This document shows, in pieces, positions 8,942 through 18,387 of a stretch of 53,966 nt of DNA. Position 1 is the first letter of the stretch; every line of letters begins with the position of its first letter. The stretch is from Candidatus Omnitrophota bacterium. Lineage in GTDB: Bacteria; Omnitrophota; Gorgyraeia; Zapsychrales; Fredricksoniimonadaceae. The position numbers were made by a program, and so were the translations under genes. The stretch covers positions 1 through 53,966 of the forward strand of contig CAJBYM010000002.1 in NCBI GenBank assembly GCA_903959815.1, read 5' to 3'. The notes beneath the pieces were generated by a model. The model saw only the letters and a list, made by a program, of their open reading frames with translations. It was not told where the DNA came from and did not search any database.

Positions 8942-10836
8942 AGTGCTCATATTGGATCACGGGACGTGCCGTGATCGTACTTTTTGTGTTGGCTGCGGCG
9001 ACGTTCATAGCCTTCTGGCCGTCTTTGTTTAACGGATTTTCGAATTGGGATGACGGGCTTCTCGTTGTCAGCAATCCTTTTGTGACCGGGTTAACCCTGC
9101 AAAATTTCCCGGATCTATTGACCAGCATGATCGGCAAGACGTACGTTCCACTCACGGTCTTGTCATTTTCCATCGAGCATTTCTTTTTCAAGCTCTCGCC
9201 CTTGTTTTATCACCTTGATAATCTGATCCTGCATTTTGGGGTTGTGGTTTTGGTCTGGGCACTGGCTCTGCGTTTTCATTTTTCGGCGGGGGCTGCTTTC
9301 TTGGCAGCTTTGATCTTTGCTATTCATCCGATGCGTGTGGAGTCCGTGGCATGGATCTCCGAGAGGAAAGATCTTCTTTACGCTTTTTTTTATATGGCTG
9401 CAGTTCATCAGTATCTGTCTTACATACGCTCCGGGAAATTCCTGCCTTACATGGGGAGCCTTTTCTTTGCCCTTTTGAGTATTCTGTCCAAAGCCATGGC
9501 GGTTAGTCTGCCACTTATCTTTTTGCTCGTGGATTGGTATGAGAAAAGACCGTTAAGTCGTCGCAGTTTAGTTGATAAGGCACCGTTCTTTATGATCCTT
9601 CTGGGTATTGCTGCGGTGACGTATGTTTTTAATGAGCGTATTTTTGCTTCGAACGTTGATCAGGCCATTCTAGTTTGGATCTGGACGTTTGTTTTTTATC
9701 TAAAGACATTTTTGTGGCCGCTCAATCTGTCTCCGTTATATCAGGCGCCCATTCCGGTTAGCCTCTGGAATGTGGAGTATTTCTCAGCGATTGTGGTGTT
9801 TGTTCTTTTTCTATCAAGTCTTGTCCTGTTCCGCAGGAATCGTCTTTGGCTGCTGGCGTGCGGGTATTACTTTCTTTCGATCTTTTTTCTTTTACGTTTT
9901 AATAAAGATGTTTTGGTGAGTTTTGTAGCTGATCGGTTCATGTATTTGCCGGCTTTGGGATTTTGTTTATGGATAGGATATGAGACGGATCGTTGGCTTA
10001 ATGGCTTGAAACAGAAAGCGTTCAAGATCAGGATCGCGGCATGGTCCCTTGTCACAGGGGTGTTCTTGGCAGGAGGTTCGCTCACGTTCGTTCAATGCCG
10101 GATATGGGGTGATGACTTGAAATTCTGGTTGCGGGCTGTTCATCGGGCGCCGGGGTATGTCAGCTATATCAACCTTGCTCATTATTACCGGGGACGTGGT
10201 ATGCATCAAGCAGCTATCGGGATCTACGAGAAAATGCTTGGCCAGGGTGATGCACGCGAGTATTGGGTTTTGAATGATATCGGCATGGAGTATGTTTCAC
10301 TCAAGGATCCTGTGCGGGCGATAGAATATTATAATCGTTCTTTGGCCTTGAATCCTTTGTGTGCCGACACGTATCTCTTGAGAGCTTTTTTACATCAGAA
10401 TGCGAAAAGGTATGACCAGGCTGTTGAGGACTACACACGGGCTGTTGAGCTTGAACCGCGCTTTGCGCTGGCGTATCATAATCGAGCGATCCTTTATTTT
10501 GTCCGGCAAGATCTTCAGGCGGCTATTAAGGATTTCAGTCATGCGGTGGAGATCATCCCGGACTTTGTGACGGCCTATTACTTCAGGGCACAGCTTTACG
10601 GTATTGCAGGAGAATATGAAAAGGCTTTGGCTGATCTGGATAAGGCCCTTCGCATAGAGCCGGGATATCAGAGTGCGATCGATTTGCGCACCAAGATGCT
10701 TGGCCATCCTTATGAGCGTTTGCCTGGAGTGCTGGATGTCCCATCGGACACATTTAAGAGATCTCAATGGGATCCTTTCGCGTATAAAAATTATATGTCG
10801 GATCGGGAGCGAATTTATAATTTAACGGGTCGCTGA
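8938..10836 (+). CDS. TMTC-like membrane protein (GT-C domain plus TPR repeats), putative protein O-glycosyltransferase
   Basis: 'NWDD', 'FAIHP.RVESVAWISERKD', 'LSK..A', 'ADRFMYLP', then ~5-6 TPR repeats. Confidence 0.8.
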   Translation: MKCSYWITGRAVIVLFVLAAATFIAFWPSLFNGFSNWDDGLLVVSNPFVTGLTLQNFPDLLTSMIGKTYVPLTVLSFSIEHFFFKLSPLFYHLDNLILHFGVVVLVWALALRFHFSAGAAFLAALIFAIHPMRVESVAWISERKDLLYAFFYMAAVHQYLSYIRSGKFLPYMGSLFFALLSILSKAMAVSLPLIFLLVDWYEKRPLSRRSLVDKAPFFMILLGIAAVTYVFNERIFASNVDQAILVWIWTFVFYLKTFLWPLNLSPLYQAPIPVSLWNVEYFSAIVVFVLFLSSLVLFRRNRLWLLACGYYFLSIFFLLRFNKDVLVSFVADRFMYLPALGFCLWIGYETDRWLNGLKQKAFKIRIAAWSLVTGVFLAGGSLTFVQCRIWGDDLKFWLRAVHRAPGYVSYINLAHYYRGRGMHQAAIGIYEKMLGQGDAREYWVLNDIGMEYVSLKDPVRAIEYYNRSLALNPLCADTYLLRAFLHQNAKRYDQAVEDYTRAVELEPRFALAYHNRAILYFVRQDLQAAIKDFSHAVEIIPDFVTAYYFRAQLYGIAGEYEKALADLDKALRIEPGYQSAIDLRTKMLGHPYERLPGVLDVPSDTFKRSQWDPFAYKNYMSDRERIYNLTGR

Positions 10837-10853
10837 CCTGTGGAGTGAATAAA

Positions 10854-11591
10854 ATGGCTATTATATCGACGGAAGCGATTGTTCTTCGGTCTATTGATCA
10901 TCGGGAGACAAGTAAACTGGCATTCTTTTTTACGCGTTCTCATGGCAGGGTTATTGGGGTTCTTAAAGGTATTCGTAAGGATTCGCGTAAATTTCACACC
11001 AGCCTTGATAAACTTACCGTTAACGATATTGTTTTTTATCAGTATCGTAATAGCGATATTCACCTGGTGAGCCATTGTGATATGAAAGAATACTTTCCGG
11101 GTGTGCGTCAGGATATGAAGCGTATTACGGCTGGGGAATACGCCTGTGAGCTTGTGAACAAGATCATGCCGCTCGAGGAAAAGAACGAGAAAGTCTATGA
11201 GCTTCTTTTGAATTATTGCCATGCTTTGGGGAGGGTGCGCGATATCGGGCGCCTGGTGCACATGTTCCAGATCAAGGTGCTTTCGCTTTCAGGTTTTCAA
11301 CCACACATTGATTCGTGTGTGCAGTGTGGAGGTGATGTTCGTGCCCGTGCAAAGTTTAGTACATTTAAAGGCGGTTTGGTTTGTCCGCGATGTCAGCGTC
11401 AGGGTATGGCGCTGATGGCGGTATCACCAGGAGCAGTTGCCTCTGTGTTGTATGTGGGCCAACATTCCTGGGACCAGTGCCTGAAGCTGGTCCTTACGCC
11501 TGGCGTTAAGCGCGAACTTAAACAGATACTTAATAATTTTTTGATTTATCATTTAGAGAAGAATATTAAATCAGGCAAATATCTCGATTAG
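10854..11591 (+). CDS. recO: DNA repair protein RecO
   Basis: 'TEAIVLR...RE.SK...FT..HG'; Zn finger CVQC/CPRC; SD GGAG at 10842. Confidence 0.93.
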   Translation: MAIISTEAIVLRSIDHRETSKLAFFFTRSHGRVIGVLKGIRKDSRKFHTSLDKLTVNDIVFYQYRNSDIHLVSHCDMKEYFPGVRQDMKRITAGEYACELVNKIMPLEEKNEKVYELLLNYCHALGRVRDIGRLVHMFQIKVLSLSGFQPHIDSCVQCGGDVRARAKFSTFKGGLVCPRCQRQGMALMAVSPGAVASVLYVGQHSWDQCLKLVLTPGVKRELKQILNNFLIYHLEKNIKSGKYLD

Positions 11592-11794
11592 TATTAATAA
11601 CTTAGGGCATGATCATCTTTTCTTAAGAAAACGTTTTCCGCAGCGATCGCCCATCTATTGTTTTAGCCTATTTGAATCATCTATATTTGTAATGGTGGTT
11701 TTCTCACAAGGATCCTTGGGAAAAAACTCCTGAGGCTGTGATGGCGCCCAACAGGCTCCCTAGCCGAGTGGGGTTTAAGAAAAAGGGTTAATAG

Positions 11795-14700
11795 ATGTTC
11801 AAAAGGTTTATATCCTCAATTCTCTGTGTGACATTCCTCGCGACGGGAATCGTTCCTTCTGCCATGGCCCAGGAACTCTTTTTGCCGCCGGCCGGCAGTC
11901 CTGTTTCTTTAAGCGCACCCGTTATGCCTTTGCTTTTACGGGGGATGAAGGTGGATGCACGGGATCCTTTGCATATGAATTTTCTCGTCGATCAGGGGCA
12001 TGGGGCCGTTTCTGATGATGTGTTTAAGGATGAATCCCTGCGCTTGATCAAATATTTTCTTGCAGCGCTGACCATTCCTGAGAAAGACCTGTGGGTTAAC
12101 CTTTCTCCGTATGAGAGTGATCGCATTATCCAGGATGATTTCGGGCGTACGGGTATGGGGCGTGATCTTTTGGCGCAGGATTATATTTTAAAGCAATTGA
12201 CGGCAGGGTTGTTGCATCCTGACGGGACGACAGGCAAAGTGTTCTGGGCTGAGGTTTACAAGCGCGCCTATGACCAGTACGGCACGACGGCTATCCCGGT
12301 TGATACGTTCAACAAGGTATGGATCCTGCCGGCTAAGTCCGTGGTTTATGAATCGCGCAGTCCGGATGGGGAAAATATCTCTGCCTTCGTGCAGGAGATG
12401 AATTTGAAGGTGATGCTGGAAACTGATTATTTGGCGCAAGCGTTGCCAACTGGGGGACATGTTCCGCAGAGCGTGTCCTCCATCCCTTTGGCAAGCGACT
12501 CCGAATTAGCCAAAGACATCCTCCGCCAGATCGTGATCCCTGTCCTTGAAAAGGAAGTCAATGAAGGAGCTAACTTTGCTTTGCTCCGTCAGGTCTGTTA
12601 TTCGCTCATTTTGTCCGTATGGTTGAAGAAGAAACTTATGGCGAGCGTTGCAGGTGTTCAAGAGTCGCCTCAACATGATCCTCGGACAACCAGTATTTTG
12701 GCGCAGATCTTTGTTGATCGTCATAAAACACAGGGTGTTGAGATCACGGATGCGCAGGCGCAGACTAAACTCATTTATGACAGGTATGTCGAAGCATTCA
12801 AGCGAGGGGCTTACGATCTGATCAAGGAAGAGGTGGATACGTATTCGCAGGAGCTTATTCCGCGCAAGTATTTCTCAGGGGGGTTTGATCCTTCCGAGGT
12901 GGGAAGAGATATGGAATTAAGATCGAGTGAAGATTTCTCTGAGAAGATGGGGACGGGGAATTATCGTCGTGTGGACATTGGTCTTAAGCCGGCATCAGTC
13001 GAGAAGATGACCGTTGAGGGCAATACGGTTGTTTGGGAGAATCTTTCTCCGAAGCGCCCCAGGTCTTTCTGGAAGAAGAAAATGACTTTGGTGATGGCGG
13101 GGGTTCTTTTGGGCATGGCCGTATTAAGATCAGATTCGACCTTTATTTCTGAACCTGTTGTTTCCCCAGAGCAAACGATATCTTTGAGCACGGAGGATGT
13201 GAAGAAATACATTGTGGATGTGACGGATAATAAACAGGCGTTTGAAACGGGGCTTATTGCTGAAGAGGCCGCGGGCATTGAGCTCAAGGCTTTTCTGGGG
13301 GGTATGCTTCGAGAGAGGATGGATAAGGGGTTTACTCTCGAAGAGCAGGACAGCGTGGTGAATGGTTGGGGAGGAGAACTCGCCACGATCTTTAACAATA
13401 ATTTTGATAGATTCGGTAAAGATCTTAAGGATGCAGGGTTGAGTGTTGTTGATGTTTTTCGTTTGTTAATGGCTATGGCGGGCAAAGAGAGTGGCGGGGA
13501 TATGCTGGCGGTGCAAATGATCGACGGCAAGATCCAGGCGCGTGCCGCTTTGCAGATCGAGTATGCGACATGGTGGCATCAGCTCCATATTACGCAAAGT
13601 GAATTAAAGAACATGCCGCTGGAATTTCAGAAGTTTTATACCGAGACGGAAGATTTTTATCAAAGGGTGACTAATGAAATAAAAAAACCGAAGGGCAGTG
13701 CCAGCAAGAATGAGTGGAATTCGAACGGCACTGATGATCTTGTGGCATTAACCGAAACGCATATAAGAATGGCCATCATTCGCCTGAATTACATGCTCAA
13801 GGCGCGTCCATTGCCGTTAACAGCTATTTTAAGTGATGAAGACAGAAAATTTACGGAGAAGGTTGGCATTGATCTTCCGTCTGAAATTAGAGCTCAATTG
13901 CCTGACAGTGTTCCTTTTCTTAAGGATGTGGTCAACGATATTCTTAAAGTTCATGCTTATGAGAAAGCCGGGATTTATATGGGGCTTATTCCCATGGGAT
14001 GGAATGGAGGGATCAATCAGATTGATACGGTGCTTAAGAAGAATCTTGAAGTGATGCAGCAGCCTTATGAAAAGATCGCGGATTATTTGAAAGGAACTAA
14101 TTTAGCGGAGGCGGAAGCAGAAAAGACAAGAGTTGAAGCGGAAGCGCGTGTCAAAGCATCCGTTCCTGTAAAAGTCAGGGGTTTGGTGAATTCCCTTTTT
14201 AAATCCAATAATCGTAGTGAAACCCTGGTCCGTATTTATAAACAGTTAAAAACAAAGGAACTGAAGAAAGCTTTTGTCGATAGTTGGTTTGCTTACAGAG
14301 AGGTGGAGCGAAACAAGATTTTGGCTGATGGGTTTAATAATCCAAAACCCATGGCGTATGCTTTGGTTATCAAATCATTTTTGAATGATGATAAAGGAGC
14401 TGCGAAAAAGCTGGGCAATAATTATCGGTGGATCTTGCGCAATAAGCCGGATACTTTTCAGAATGATCGCAAGGTGTTAGGGCCTGAGAAGAAGGTGTCG
14501 CCTCAGTCACAGCATAAGAAGGTTAGTCCTGCCATTATTCAGAAGAATGTCAATAAGGCTCAGGAATTAAAACGTAAGGTAACGAATGCAAAAGCGAAAA
14601 AGAAAACCCGGGATCGTAGTGAGATAAACGGCGGTATCGATTTAACGGGGCAGAGTAATGCCGTTGAGGTATGGGGTCAGTCCGGTGCATTTGGGCTTAA

Positions 14701-14839
14701 CCTTGCACCAGAGCAGATCAAAGCGTTGGATCAGGATCTTCGGGGATTCTTGCCGCTGATCATCAATATTCAACCTGTAAAAGATGTTAAAATGTTTCTG
14801 GGGTTCCAGAATGCAAGCGGTGACTTGGCCGGGTCATGA
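11795..14839 (+). CDS. Secreted modular hypothetical protein: N-domain ending 'RKYFSGG', central SLT-like cargo, C-terminal 'GGIDL' domain
   Basis: Signal peptide (..PSAMA|Q), 1014-aa ORF, motifs described in findings. Confidence 0.75.
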   Translation: MFKRFISSILCVTFLATGIVPSAMAQELFLPPAGSPVSLSAPVMPLLLRGMKVDARDPLHMNFLVDQGHGAVSDDVFKDESLRLIKYFLAALTIPEKDLWVNLSPYESDRIIQDDFGRTGMGRDLLAQDYILKQLTAGLLHPDGTTGKVFWAEVYKRAYDQYGTTAIPVDTFNKVWILPAKSVVYESRSPDGENISAFVQEMNLKVMLETDYLAQALPTGGHVPQSVSSIPLASDSELAKDILRQIVIPVLEKEVNEGANFALLRQVCYSLILSVWLKKKLMASVAGVQESPQHDPRTTSILAQIFVDRHKTQGVEITDAQAQTKLIYDRYVEAFKRGAYDLIKEEVDTYSQELIPRKYFSGGFDPSEVGRDMELRSSEDFSEKMGTGNYRRVDIGLKPASVEKMTVEGNTVVWENLSPKRPRSFWKKKMTLVMAGVLLGMAVLRSDSTFISEPVVSPEQTISLSTEDVKKYIVDVTDNKQAFETGLIAEEAAGIELKAFLGGMLRERMDKGFTLEEQDSVVNGWGGELATIFNNNFDRFGKDLKDAGLSVVDVFRLLMAMAGKESGGDMLAVQMIDGKIQARAALQIEYATWWHQLHITQSELKNMPLEFQKFYTETEDFYQRVTNEIKKPKGSASKNEWNSNGTDDLVALTETHIRMAIIRLNYMLKARPLPLTAILSDEDRKFTEKVGIDLPSEIRAQLPDSVPFLKDVVNDILKVHAYEKAGIYMGLIPMGWNGGINQIDTVLKKNLEVMQQPYEKIADYLKGTNLAEAEAEKTRVEAEARVKASVPVKVRGLVNSLFKSNNRSETLVRIYKQLKTKELKKAFVDSWFAYREVERNKILADGFNNPKPMAYALVIKSFLNDDKGAAKKLGNNYRWILRNKPDTFQNDRKVLGPEKKVSPQSQHKKVSPAIIQKNVNKAQELKRKVTNAKAKKKTRDRSEINGGIDLTGQSNAVEVWGQSGAFGLNLAPEQIKALDQDLRGFLPLIINIQPVKDVKMFLGFQNASGDLAGS

Positions 14840-16990
14840 GGTTTGTTTGAGAATATCTTTGGCCAGCGCGAGTCCGATTCCGCGGATCTTGCCCAGCTCA
14901 TCTTCAGACGCTTTATTCAGGTCTGCAAGTTTCTCGTAGCCATGACGGAAGAGGATCCTGGCACGGATGCGGCCGATACCTTTGAGGGTGGCCAGTTCGA
15001 GCAGTTCTTCTTTGATGCCATAACGTACACGGATCTTGAGACTTTCCAGGAAGTGCGATAATTTCTTGAATTGATAAACTTCCGCAATGGATTGAGCGGC
15101 ATAGAGCAACCACTGGGCGGATTCTGTGAGACGGAAAATATCTCCCGGGCCGATGTCAAAACGCTCACAGACGTCTTCTTCTTTTTCTTCATCCATCCAT
15201 CTTAACAGCATCCAGACGGTTTTAAGCACGGCCATGGATGTGTAATAATCCTGCATGGACTGGATATCATCGCGCGTGAGTATCAGTTCATCCGCGACCT
15301 TATTGCCAAAGTCTTCAAGATCTTCCTGGTTCTTTTTGCCCGCAGAAAGCATTTCGCTGTCTGGGCATGAACAGATCAGATGCAAAATCCCGATGCCGGA
15401 GAAGTTTGACCCTGAGGCGATGCGTGCCAGGCCTTTCTTGATGATGATTGCGGACATAGGATCGATGTAAAGGCGGCTGACGCGTGTGCCGAAAGGTGTC
15501 GGGAAGAAACGAAATCCGCTTTTCTCTATAAATTGTTCTTTATGCAGAAAATCAAAGATGCTGCCCACAAGTTCGACGAGATTTGCGCCTTTGTGTTGAT
15601 GGGCCAGGAATGTGTGGCTGAGGAATTCGAACATGCTGTTGACATCATTCACATAGCCGCCCGCAATGGAAGAAAGGACATGGATCCTCAGTTTGGCTTC
15701 ATCGGACAGTTTGGAAATGATGGGTTCGGGCGGGGCTAGCACGAAGCGTTCAAAGAGCGCATCCTGATCGGCGAGCGATTTGGCGATGAGGACGGCTTCA
15801 CCGTATTCGTCGTACTGGGGCCGTCCCGCACGTCCGGCACATTGCTTGTATTCCGAGGCGGGGATGAACACAGAGCCCACTCCCGAAGCATAGCGTTTGG
15901 CATCACGGATGATGGCGCGTCTTGCCGGTAGGTTGACGCCCGCCGCGAGCGTGGGTGTACAGCAAATGACCTTGATGATGTTTTTCTTAAAGTTTTCTTC
16001 AATGGCTTCGCGCTGGCTCGGTTTTAGTCCCGCGTGGTGGAAAGCGACACCATGGATCACAACTTCGGCGAGCTTTTTGCAGACTTTTGTAGAATCCAGG
16101 GATGGGGCGAGATCATCCGCGATGCTTTTTAAGATGGTTTGTTCTTCAACAGTTAGAAGCTTTCCGACATAGCGGCATAGTTCCCGAGCGACGGCTTGGG
16201 TGGAGCGCCGTGAATTGACAAATACCAAAGCCTGTCCTTTGCCGCGCAGTGTATCCATTACAAGCTGCTGCACTTTTTCAGGTGCATCTTCATGAATGAC
16301 GCGGACATTTCCGTTCTCATATGTGAGCCGTCCGTTGTAATAAACGCCTTCATGCAAGGGTATGGGACGCCAGCTGCTGATGACGGCTGTGGCATTCAGC
16401 CAATCGGCCATGTCTTTGGCGTTGGAAACAGTGGCCGACAGGGCCAAAAGTTGCATATCAGGATTGAGAAGCCGGATGCGGGTCGTCAGGATCTCAAGGG
16501 TTGGACCACGGGAGGGATCATTGATGACATGGATCTCATCGAGGACCACCACCGCGATATTGTTGACCAGCCAATCCACGCGTGAGCGTAAGAGAGAATC
16601 AACTTTCTCGGCTGTGGCGATGACGATCTGGTAGTTTTTCAGATGGCTTGAGGGGGAATCCAGATCGCCGATGGCGATCCCGACCTTGATCCCGAGCTTC
16701 GCGTATTTCTTTTGAAACTCACGGTATTTTTCACTGGCCAAGGCTTTAAGCGGTGCGATATAAAGGCAACGCCCGCCTTTTTCAAAGATGGCTTTGAGCA
16801 TGGCCAGTTCGGCCATGAGGGTCTTGCCGGATGCTGTGGGGACAGCAAGGACAACATTCTTTCCGTCCAGTATGCCGGCGTCGATCGCATCGGCCTGCGG
16901 CGGATGGAGCGTGGTAATGCCTGATGCCAGAAGAGCATCTTTGTATTCAGGAGGAAAATTATATTGTGTCAGCAGTTTCTCGAAGTTCAT
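14834..16990 (-). CDS. Ski2-like SF2 helicase, archaeal Hel308/Hjm type
   Basis: Q motif 'LHPPQ', 'PTASGKT', 'PLKALASEK', 'DEIH', 'LSAT', 'FHHAGL', '[12 protein letters not shown]', '[12 protein letters not shown]', C-terminal '[26 protein letters not shown]' plus HhH. Confidence 0.92.
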   Translation of the reverse strand: MNFEKLLTQYNFPPEYKDALLASGITTLHPPQADAIDAGILDGKNVVLAVPTASGKTLMAELAMLKAIFEKGGRCLYIAPLKALASEKYREFQKKYAKLGIKVGIAIGDLDSPSSHLKNYQIVIATAEKVDSLLRSRVDWLVNNIAVVVLDEIHVINDPSRGPTLEILTTRIRLLNPDMQLLALSATVSNAKDMADWLNATAVISSWRPIPLHEGVYYNGRLTYENGNVRVIHEDAPEKVQQLVMDTLRGKGQALVFVNSRRSTQAVARELCRYVGKLLTVEEQTILKSIADDLAPSLDSTKVCKKLAEVVIHGVAFHHAGLKPSQREAIEENFKKNIIKVICCTPTLAAGVNLPARRAIIRDAKRYASGVGSVFIPASEYKQCAGRAGRPQYDEYGEAVLIAKSLADQDALFERFVLAPPEPIISKLSDEAKLRIHVLSSIAGGYVNDVNSMFEFLSHTFLAHQHKGANLVELVGSIFDFLHKEQFIEKSGFRFFPTPFGTRVSRLYIDPMSAIIIKKGLARIASGSNFSGIGILHLICSCPDSEMLSAGKKNQEDLEDFGNKVADELILTRDDIQSMQDYYTSMAVLKTVWMLLRWMDEEKEEDVCERFDIGPGDIFRLTESAQWLLYAAQSIAEVYQFKKLSHFLESLKIRVRYGIKEELLELATLKGIGRIRARILFRHGYEKLADLNKASEDELGKIRGIGLALAKDILKQTS

Positions 16991-17001
16991 AGGCGGACAA
17001 C

Positions 17002-17030
17002 ATTCTAGTCTGGGGGTGGGCGGGCGTCAA
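17002..17030 (-). promoter_or_regulatory. Sigma70-type promoter for the helicase (very short leader)
   Basis: Minus strand TTGACG (17030-17025), 17 bp spacer, TAGAAT (17007-17002); ATG at 16990, no SD. Confidence 0.6.
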
Positions 17031-17117
17031 ATGATATGAAACATTTACGCCGTTGACAAACTTCGAAAAGCGGCGAAAATGAATGCGAGTCATTTTTATT
17101 AATCCAACGGAGGCACT

Positions 17118-17513
17118 ATGCAACTTCCTTTAGAACTTATTATGAAGAATGTTGAGAACAAGGCTGAGATCGAGGCGGTCGTCGCAGAAAAGGTGGCCAA
17201 GCTTGAGATGTCGTGCGATCATATTACCAGCTGCCGTGTTTTCATTGAGCAGAATCCTACGCACCAGCATGCGAAGCATACGTATCATATTCGGATCGAT
17301 GTGCGCATGCCCCCGCATCACGAGATCGTGGTCAGGCGTGATTCCGGCCGTAAATCCCATGATAATTTGTCGACTGTTGTGCGGGATGCGTTCATGGCGA
17401 CCCGTCGGCAGGTTGAGGTGATCGTTGACCGTCAGAAGAAGAAGGTCAAATCACATACGTTGGCGCGGATGATGCCGGCCAAATTGCGTGAATTTTTGAA
17501 AATGGGGGAATAG
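17118..17513 (+). CDS. HPF/RaiA family ribosome-associated protein
   Basis: 'MQLPLEL...KLE...DHITSCRV.IE...Y..RID..MP...EIVV...VRDAF...RRQ'; SD GGAGG. Confidence 0.8.
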   Translation: MQLPLELIMKNVENKAEIEAVVAEKVAKLEMSCDHITSCRVFIEQNPTHQHAKHTYHIRIDVRMPPHHEIVVRRDSGRKSHDNLSTVVRDAFMATRRQVEVIVDRQKKKVKSHTLARMMPAKLREFLKMGE

Positions 17514-17536
17514 TTCTTTTAACGTTGGAATGGCAT

Positions 17537-17564
17537 GCAGGGGCGGTTCATGAACCGCCCCTAC
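17537..17564. repeat. REP-like GTAG palindrome
   Basis: Minus strand reads GTAGGGGCGGTTCATGAACCGCCCCTGC; 24-bp perfect palindrome core. Confidence 0.75.
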
Positions 17565-17570
17565 TGTTTT

Positions 17571-18278
17571 ATGAATTTAATCCTTCTTTTTCCTTCAGAC
17601 TTTATAGCGAACACATCTCGCGTCCTGTTGACTGGACGCCGGCAGGCACATGTCCTTGAGGTTCATCGGGCGGCAGTGGAGGACGTGCTTATTGTGGGTA
17701 TGGAGAATGGTCAGATAGGGCAAGGGCGGGTTACGCGTCTTACAGCAAAAGAGCTGGAGATGGAGGTGGCATTCTTCTCAGATCCCGTGCCCAAGATTCC
17801 TGTGATCTTGTGTGTGGCTCTGATGCGGCCGCTTGTTCTTAAGCGTGTTTTGCAAACAGCAACGACAATGGGGGTTGAAGCGATCCATCTGTTTCATTCC
17901 CGCCGGGTTGAAAAAAGTTTCTGGCAAAGCACAGCACTTCAGCCAGTCGAAATCCGTGAACAACTGGTGTTAGGGCTTGAACAGGCACGTGATACGGTTC
18001 TGCCATCGGTGATGTTCCACAAAAGGTTTAAACCTTTTGTGGAAGATGTTCTCCCTTTGCTTCTTAAGAAGCGGCAGGGTTTGGTCGCTGATCCTTCAGG
18101 AGGTTTTTCTGTTGTGCCGGCAGCTGTGCCTAAAGTTCTGATCATTGGTCCTGAGGGAGGGTTTATCCCGTATGAACTTGATCGTTTTTCTCATGCCGGT
18201 TGCACGTTGGTCGGTCTTGGCCCCCGGATCTTGCGGGTTGAGACCGCTGTCACGTCTTTTCTGGCCCGTTTGGTCTAA
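17571..18278 (+). CDS. rsmE: 16S rRNA m3U1498 methyltransferase
   Basis: 'IIGPEGGF...E', 'LGPRILRVETA', 'EQA'; start moved to ATG 17571 (MNLILL), after the REP. Confidence 0.92.
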   Translation: MNLILLFPSDFIANTSRVLLTGRRQAHVLEVHRAAVEDVLIVGMENGQIGQGRVTRLTAKELEMEVAFFSDPVPKIPVILCVALMRPLVLKRVLQTATTMGVEAIHLFHSRRVEKSFWQSTALQPVEIREQLVLGLEQARDTVLPSVMFHKRFKPFVEDVLPLLLKKRQGLVADPSGGFSVVPAAVPKVLIIGPEGGFIPYELDRFSHAGCTLVGLGPRILRVETAVTSFLARLV

Positions 18279-18387
18279 AAATCCTCCATTAAAATATTTT
18301 AGAATCTAATTTATTCATTATTTCTATTTGTTATGATGAATTTGGTAAAACTATTCATCAAACGTTAAATAGAAATATTTATTATAA

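Noticed and set aside
11730-11775. Fluoride or c-di-GMP riboswitch (GATGG-containing stem)
   Set aside because: Lacks the downstream pseudoknot partner and the GNRA/receptor consensus
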